Assembly: GCA_951406725.2 (NCBI GenBank)
Contig: OX597815.1
Coordinates: forward strand, 132,122,001-132,186,000
Direction: 5' to 3'
Source: Octopus vulgaris
Taxonomy: Eukaryota
DNA length: 64,000 nucleotides
How positions within the stretch are numbered: position 1 is the first letter of the stretch; every line of letters starts with the position of its first letter. Below, one piece after another: positions 56,752 through 64,000 of the stretch. The position numbers were made by a program, and so were the translations under genes. The notes under the pieces were generated by a model. The model searched no databases. It was not told the origin of the DNA and saw nothing but the letters and a program-made list of their open reading frames with translations.

Positions 56752-59700
56752 CAGTGTTTGTCAACCTTATTCTGGCCGTGGCTCCCTTTAATTCAATTCG
56801 AAATCGTTATGGCCCCCATGCTAATTTAAGTTTTTATCCCCACGCTGTCCCTCAGCTTAATGCATCTAGAAAAATAGAAAGAAACATTAAAAGTTGTAGT
56901 TTTGCATCAAACATTTACAAAGCAAAAGATATAACAGTTTCAGTTTATATTGCCTGATTTAAATGGGTTCCCTTGACTGATGCAGGTTACCAACTTGTCA
57001 ATGTTTGGTTTCAAAGTCGTCAGTGAGAGGTCTAAATCTCCTCTTCTTTCTACGTCAAGGCGATTTCGAGTCTTTGCCGGCAGACGCATCACCCGACTGA
57101 AACCTGACTCAACTAGATAAGATGTGGGAAAAACGAGTAAAAGCAACCTAACGTTTTTCCAGGGTAATGATTACCTGTTAGAGATCTCTTCGTTCATTCA
57201 CATCTTCTGGTATCCTCCATACTTGAAACTTGCTGTGTTATTTTGAAGTTCAATCAAGCATTCTTACATAAACTTTAAGTCATCATCAAAAAAGCTCGGT
57301 GAATATGCTTGCTAAGGAACGAAACTATGCAAATTCCTGTCATCCAAGGTTATTTCAGAATAACTATAGTTTCCTGTTGAAGATTTTAATTTTCTCTTTG
57401 CAAGAAAACAGAGTGAAGTTATTTCCCTGAAGTTAATTTTTAAGGATAGTTAGCTTTTCAAGTATGTCATACCCCTCTTTGCATCAACAAATTTCTATCC
57501 AAGTTCTGTTTCACTCAAAAAAGAGATAACAGTGTGCCAAAGAGCAACAAACTGATGCAGGCAATTACCTCTGGATAGCCATCTGATTTCAGTATACAAC
57601 ACAAGTCGTTCAAATTCCTCGTTATTTTTACATAATTGCTTAAAGAGGCGATCTTGCAGTGCATTCTTTTTTTTTTATCAAGTTGACAGCTTTAAAAATT
57701 TTTTAAATTGCATCATTCAAACGTCCTGCTATGTGTACGGCAACCAGATGCAGTCGATGCACACAGTGCACACAAAGCACATTGGGAACATTTCTTTTAA
57801 GTAAACACTGAATCACCGATATCTTCCAATCATAGAAGTAACACCATCTGTTGTACAAGCCACTAGGTTCTTCAATTAAATGTTGTTCTCTTCAAAGTAG
57901 ACCTCAAGGTTTTTGAAGATGGATTCCCCTTTTGTGTCGGTCGTTAATTTCAAAGCAAAAAGCAATTCTTGACATATATCATTAACATTAAGAAACCTAA
58001 CAAATGCCATTAAAAAAGCAGAATTATCAGGTAGAGTTGATTCATTTATTTGAATTGAGAACTCATTAACCCTAAGTTTTGAAACTAATTGGCTTTCAAC
58101 ATCAGTTGCCATTTCATCAATCCGTCGTGATACTGATGCGTTGCTCACTGGAATAACACGAGTAAGCTCCTGTGGGCTCTGATCTATATGACTGTTGAAA
58201 ACACTACAGCCACTGCAAGTATGATCAAAGATTCACTGCAAGTATGATCAAAGAATGGTGTGAGGCTTATCAGCTTTTGTAATTAAATTTGCTATCTTGT
58301 AAGAAACCAACATTCCTTTGTCTACTTTTGCTACTTTTTGAGTGAACATTTGATCGACTGTCATCCTTCGTTGAAACTCATCACGTAACCTTTTGAAGAA
58401 ATCTAGTGGTTTGTCATTCTTATCTCTGTATGCAGTCTCCAGATGATTTTTTTTTAGTTTACATGGACGCATATTTGCATTTGAGAACGAATCTTGCATA
58501 GCAGACACATAGGCATGGTAGAATTTTGTGGATATTTAATGAATCCATTAGCAAGATATTCGACAGAATATTATCTGCTCTTCTTTTAAATGCACTTGCC
58601 ATATTTATCTGAAATAATAAACAACTATTTTCAAAAATGTTGAATAAACAAGAGGTTAGTTTCAAGCGTTTTCGTCAGAGATGAATACAGAGTAAGGTAA
58701 ATCAATATACCTTTTTAGCCAAGAATAAAATTAGATCAAAAACCAAGTTTATAAAGTTAATACATTACGCAGATAACTAAATCAAAGGTTTTAATAATCA
58801 GGGATAACAGATTTATATTTATACTTATAAAAAGATAAATTATAAGAAGACAAAAATTTATCATTCCCTTTTCAGTTGACAATCCAGAAAGAAAATTAAT
58901 TTCATGAAAAGAAAGAAAGTTATAAAAGTGATAGCTAAAGCAAGCGAGCAAACTCATGGAGAAAATAGGGCTGATTTATCGTTGAATGAAACTCGAATTG
59001 ACAAAAATAATTAGCAAAGTATATTGAAAATGTATCTTCGTTTTTAAAGAAAAAACGATTTCATACTATATTTTGTTATATTCTATTAAACATAGTTCAA
59101 TATTAAATTTTACTCAAATTAGATTAAATATATAATATTATCCAGTGACCAATTATTGAATTATTATGTTGATTAATAATTTAATAGTTGCATAAAAGTG
59201 CATATAGTTTTCTAATGAATTGTCTGTTTGTTTTCGGGGTAACCTCGTTCATTCACCTCCCTCTTGATTCTCCGTCTTAGCTTGAATACTTCTCAAAGAC
59301 CGTATTAATTATAGCTTTTTTGGAAATACATCCTATACATTTATGTGAGAAAAACAGTCTTCCTGACCACTTGGGTTCAGTTTGAATGATTGATCAATGA
59401 TTTAACTTGGTGGATCGACCTTTCCACCCTTACCTTTTATGCTACGGACCTAGAGGAATATTTATGATAATTAAAGTAGCTTATGAAAACTTAGGCAAAA
59501 TGAAATAAAAAGACGTAGATACTTGTACACTACCAACGCAGAAAAATAAGCAACACGCAATTAAGAGCAGAAGTAGGATGAGATAAGCAGAGAGAGCGAG
59601 AGAGAGAGAGAGAGAGAGATAAAGAAGAAGTGATATAATTTGACAAAGCAAAAAAAGAAAAATGAATATTAAAGAGACTTGTGCAGATGTTAACCAATTA

Positions 59701-60181
59701 GCATGGACGTTGTTCATTGGATGAATTTTCCATGACGTGGAGTTTTTATTACTAACTGCAACTTTGCCTTTTGCGCCGTCCATTATATATGTATGTTTTC
59801 CAGCTTTAAAATTTTGGAGCAATTTGTTATGATTCAATGGTATGTAGCTGTTCATCTTACGAACCAGACATACAACACTCAAAATCTAATATTCTAACAT
59901 GCGTTCTTTAGGTGCATAATCTGAGTGTAATAGAAAATTAGTACATAAGGATCATTCACCATAATTATAAACGCATGCGTTTCTTATATGTAAATGTGTA
60001 ATGTGTATTTTAAAAATAAAATTTTAATATTTTAATACATTTTAATATTTTATGATTCCTAAATTTTCTGTGGCCCTCGTAGTCCCCTGTGGGTCCCCAT
60101 TTTTTACATTTAGCTTTGTGGCCCCCAAGAAATGTTTCATTACCTCCTAGGGGGCCATATGGCTCCCGTTGAGAAACCCTG
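56752..60181 (-). mobile_element. Complete hAT (Buster/Charlie-type) DNA transposon, 3430 bp
   Basis: 14-bp TIRs CAGTGTTTGTCAAC / GTTGAGAAACCCTG (2 mismatches); perfect 8-bp TSD GTCTATAC (56744-56751, 60182-60189) with the central TA typical of Buster elements. Confidence 0.93.
56940..58602 (-). pseudogene. Buster/ZBED5-SCAND3-like transposase pseudogene
   Basis: Fragments MASAFKRR, PMCLLC...SNANMRPCKLK.HL, KPHTI, SNASVSRRIDEMA..FSIQINEST, HCV.HR.HL, WLSRGNCL, FPTSYLVESGFS...KTRNRLD; many frameshifts and stops. Confidence 0.88.
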
Positions 60182-60279
60182 GTCTATACTGTGCTAGTGA
60201 TTGTTGAGATTCAGATAGAATAAGGGCTGATTCTAAGTTATTTTCTGTGATACTGAAAGTCACATTTAAGTGGAGTGTG

Positions 60280-60666
60280 AGTCATTTAGTGCGGTCGTGC
60301 TTGGGCACAGCCTTAGTCGAACAAATCGACTAGTACTTATTCTAGCGGTTCCCTTTTGCAGAACCGCTACTTTACGAAGCCGTACACACACCAGCAAAAG
60401 TCGTCAAGCGATGGTGGGGGGACAAAAACAGACACACAAACACACACACACACATATATATATACACACACACGCACACACACAGACATATATATATATA
60501 TTTATATATATGACAGGCTTCTTTCAGTTTCGTCTACCACATCCACTCACAAGTCATTGGCCTGTTCGAGGCTATAGTAGAAGACATTTGCCCAAGGTGC
60601 TACTCAGTGGGACTGAACCCGGAACCAAGAGGGTGGTAAGCGGGCTACTTACCACACAGCCACGCC
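60280..60666 (-). mobile_element. tRNA-derived SINE family B, near full length, with internal (CA)/(TA) tract
   Basis: Minus strand GGCGTGGCTGTGTGGTAAG...GGTTCCGGGTTCAGTCCCACTG.GT.GCACCTTGGGCAA...; 3' end resembles the CR1 tail (GTGCCCAAGCACGACCGCAC). Confidence 0.85.
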
Positions 60667-63600
60667 AGAATATATTATTACAGTAATAATATATTACTGA
60701 ATATATTATTACAGAAAGTAGCAGTTAAGATGGAGTATGTGAAAGCGTTATTTGATGATTATAAGGATAGAGAAAGTGACAGTTGAGTTGAGTTGTAAGA
60801 AAGTATTGCTCTTCTGTCTTAGGTGAGACTGAAATTAGTAGTTAAGGTAAATCGTTACTGTAATATACCAAGCAATACTAAAATGGAAGTTGAGGTAGAG
60901 TATAAGAAAGTGCAATTGGGTTTTCACAATAACGCTGAAGCTGCAATTAGGGTGAAGCTGCAATTAGGGTGATGTCTTCTGTGTAGCATTCAAGGATTCT
61001 AAATGACACGATCAGGGTGGAGTTAAAGAAAGTTCTTAAATGGATTTTATATACAGTCGTCCATGAGGAATTTAGTCATGAATAGTCTTGTAATAAATCA
61101 TTAAAGAACATTATTTCTGCGATGTACAACGTTCATGAGAGATTTTGTTGTGTTTAGGTTTAGTGCATAGGATGTAGTGAGGGATTCTGCTGCGCTGTAT
61201 ACGAAAAGAAAAATTTAACTAAAGTTAGTGCCTCGCTGCATACAACAATTCTAAATGTAGCAGTTAAGTTGGAGTTAAATGATTCGTTGTTTCTGTGTGA
61301 TATACTGCGATTATGAAAGTATCAGTTTAGTGGAAGCAAATAATATTTTCACTCTTGCTAATAGTCATTCTAACATAGTTTCCAAATAGCAATCTTTAAT
61401 ATGGGCTCTCGTGTTAAATTATAAAAGATAATATCTAATGTAAAACAACACGTCTCTGTCTTGCAAACTGGGATATTGAATAACAAATATAAGTTGTGTG
61501 TGACATTATGTGCTATTATATTTTATAGTATGAATCTGAATATATCGGTTTACAGGAATAGAAAGATCTTCCAGTGCTGCATGCCTCTTTACAGAAAGTA
61601 GGAGTTGAGATGCAGCGAGTTGTATAAACCTAAGTGAAAGTAGCAGTTAGAATGGAGTGAGATGTTTTCCGTTGATATCTACTACACTTATGAAAATATT
61701 TTACCGGCGATTATATACTGCGCTGCAGGAAGTTGTAGTTAACGTAGTGTGATAGATTCTCTTATGCTGTGTACCATACAAATGAAAATTGACTTTTTTG
61801 TTGGAGTGCGAACTGGTTCTGAGTTGTATACAGTGATGTTGATAGTAGCAGTTAAGTCGGAGTGCAAGAAAACATTACTCTCTCGTATACAGTGACACTG
61901 ACACTGATAGCTAAGGTGGAGGGGGGAAATTGTCACTCTGTAACATTAGTTGATCATACGTTGTATATACCGAGATTCTAAATATATCGGATTAAAGAGA
62001 GTGATAGACTTTTCCCATGCTGTACACTTTATTATTGCAAGTAGCAGTAGAAGTGCATCGAGTTGTTTACCCCGATAGTGAAAGTAGCAGTTAAGGTGGA
62101 GTAAGATGTTTTCATGTGATACATATACTCTACTAATAGAAGCAGCGCTTAATGTGGAGTGAGGAGTCTTCTTATGGTGTATACTGAAGATAGCGGCTGA
62201 GCTGCACAGAGCTGTATATACTAATTGTGAAAGTAGCAGTATGGGTGGAGTGAGACATTTTCTGGGGATATATTTTATGCGATAATGAAAGTAGCGGTTA
62301 ATGTGGAGTGAGAGATTTTCTTAAGCCGCATGCCTAGCTAATGAAGGTTGAAGTTTAGGTGGAGTGCGAGTTAACTCTGACAGTGAAAGGAGCATTTCAG
62401 TTGGAGTATGAGAAAGCCCTTACTGTATGCAAAATAGCAGTTTAAATGAAATTGGAGAAAGCGTTCTGTGTTATTAACAATAATAATGAAATTAGTAATG
62501 CTATAATTTAACAAGGTGTTTGTGTTGTTGACAACAATAATGAAAGCAACAAAGTTGGAGTGTAAGAAAGCGTTAATGTGTTGCATACGGTGGTGCTGAA
62601 AGTAGCAGCTTAGGCAGAATCAGGAAATTCATACTGTGTTGTATGCAGAGATACTTAAAGCGGCAGTTATAGTGCAGTATAAGAAAGTGCTACTGTGTTG
62701 ATATAGAGAAGATAGTTATTACGTTAGAGTTGTAAGAAAGCATTACCGTGTTGTATACAGTAGTAGTTAAACAGCAGGAAAAATTGTCATATCAGAATGT
62801 GTTACTTAGATGTGCACTAAAAGTAATAGTTATAGTAAAGTATAAGAAATGGTTCTATTAAGAAATGGTAACTATTAAGCTGGTGTAAAAAAATATTACT
62901 GAGGTTTCGAAATGCATTTATCCAAGTTGTATAAATCCACGTGTGTTCTGGTGCTATATTGTAAGAGAAGTTTTTAATTTGAAGAGTGAATTATTCCTGC
63001 ATTGTACATTGAGCCACGTTATGATATTTCAGATGAAAATGAAGTAAATGAAGTCCTCCTGTGAGGTATAACGTGATTTTAAAAGTAGTGGTTGTGATGA
63101 TATAAGGCTTTTTATTGTATTAAATATCAATCAAACTGCCGAAAGTAGTATCTAAGATAGAGTGAGTGTTTGAGTTGCGTTGTGCAATGAGGTTTACAGT
63201 TGAAATGAAATCAGTGTATTTGGTCGTGTGCTGTATACTGTCATTCTGAAGTAGCGGTGAAATAAATCGTTGTTGCTATGTGGTATAATGTGATTATGAA
63301 AACGGCAGTTTAGTCGGAGTAAATAGTTATTGCAACGTAGTAATGTAATTGGAATGAGATAATGTGTTCTTATTCTGTATTACAGAATATCTTTTAATAT
63401 GAAAATAACACATCTCTGTATGCTTCGATATTGAATAAAAAGAGAATAGCTATATGTGTAAAATAAAATACTCTTGTGATTTATCGCGTCATTATGAAAA
63501 ATAAAATTAGTTTTCACCGAGTGAAATATTTTCCTGTTCGGTTTACGGTTTCAGTGAAAGCGTTAGTTGCGGTAAAGTTAGAGATTTTATTTTCTGTGCT

Positions 63601-64000
63601 AGACAGTGGTTGAGTTGAAGCGGGTTGATTACAATGATATTGAAGGTAGTAGTTAGTAAGGAACGAAATGCTGTCGTTGCTATAGAAAGTAGCGGTTAAT
63701 GTGGAGTGAGAGGCATACTTTAAGTTCACACCCTGCAAAGGAATGGTAAAGTTAAAGTGAAGTAAGAACTACTCTTGAGTTTTATCCAGTGACAAAGAGA
63801 GTAACATTTGTGGCGGAGTGCGATGTTCTCCTGCTAGTGAAAGTAGCGGTAAATATGCGGCGAGAGGGTTACTTTTCTGTATATCCTCCTACCGACTTAT
63901 GAAATTAAGACATGTTTCTGAGATGTGTACAGTGACTATGAACGTAACAGTGAAGGCGGAGTGTAACAAAATAGGTGGATATTGTATATGGGGTTACTGA

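Larger units (their letters stand above)
42770..64000 (+). repeat. Highly degenerate ~58-59-bp satellite array with higher-order blocks (runs off the window end)
   Basis: Approximate consensus CTGTGTTGTATACAGTGATACTGAAAGTAGCAGTTAAGGTGGAGTGTAAGAAAGCGTTA; equivalent motif positions at 51616, 51675, 51733 and 51792; always the same orientation. Left boundary approximate. Confidence 0.85.

Noticed and set aside
42770-64000. Satellite as a decayed repeat-protein gene (minus-strand HSTLTATFSITVY motifs, superficially cadherin beta-strand-like)
   Set aside because: Measured period is 58-59 bp, not a multiple of 3; stops are frequent; no DxNDN/LDRE cadherin motifs.

Overview
AT-rich eukaryotic DNA, most likely octopus/cephalopod (inferred from very long (TA)n/(GATA)n/(TAA)n tracts and the SINE families, not from a search). 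No host protein-coding gene can be supported; most short ORFs in the track are microsatellite artefacts. 1-9 kb: 5'-truncated CR1-group LINEs in (TA)n, fold-back duplications, a non-autonomous Helitron and inverted copies of a ~1.2 kb hammerhead-ribozyme (HHR) repeat. 10.3-16.1 kb: a full-length Tx1/L1-clade retrotransposon (20-bp TSD, three lesions) inserted next to a canonical HHR inside a 353-nt retrozyme/Penelope-pLTR-like unit, in the same orientation. 24.5-33 kb: a cluster of R4/Dong-like RLE LINE fragments tied to (TAA)n, one carrying a circularly permuted 283-bp insert copied from a neighbour. 36-42 kb: SINEs. ~42.8-64 kb: a degenerate ~59-bp satellite with kb-scale higher-order blocks, invaded by SINEs, MITEs and a complete but dead Buster-type hAT transposon. 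All alignments and RNA folds were done by eye.
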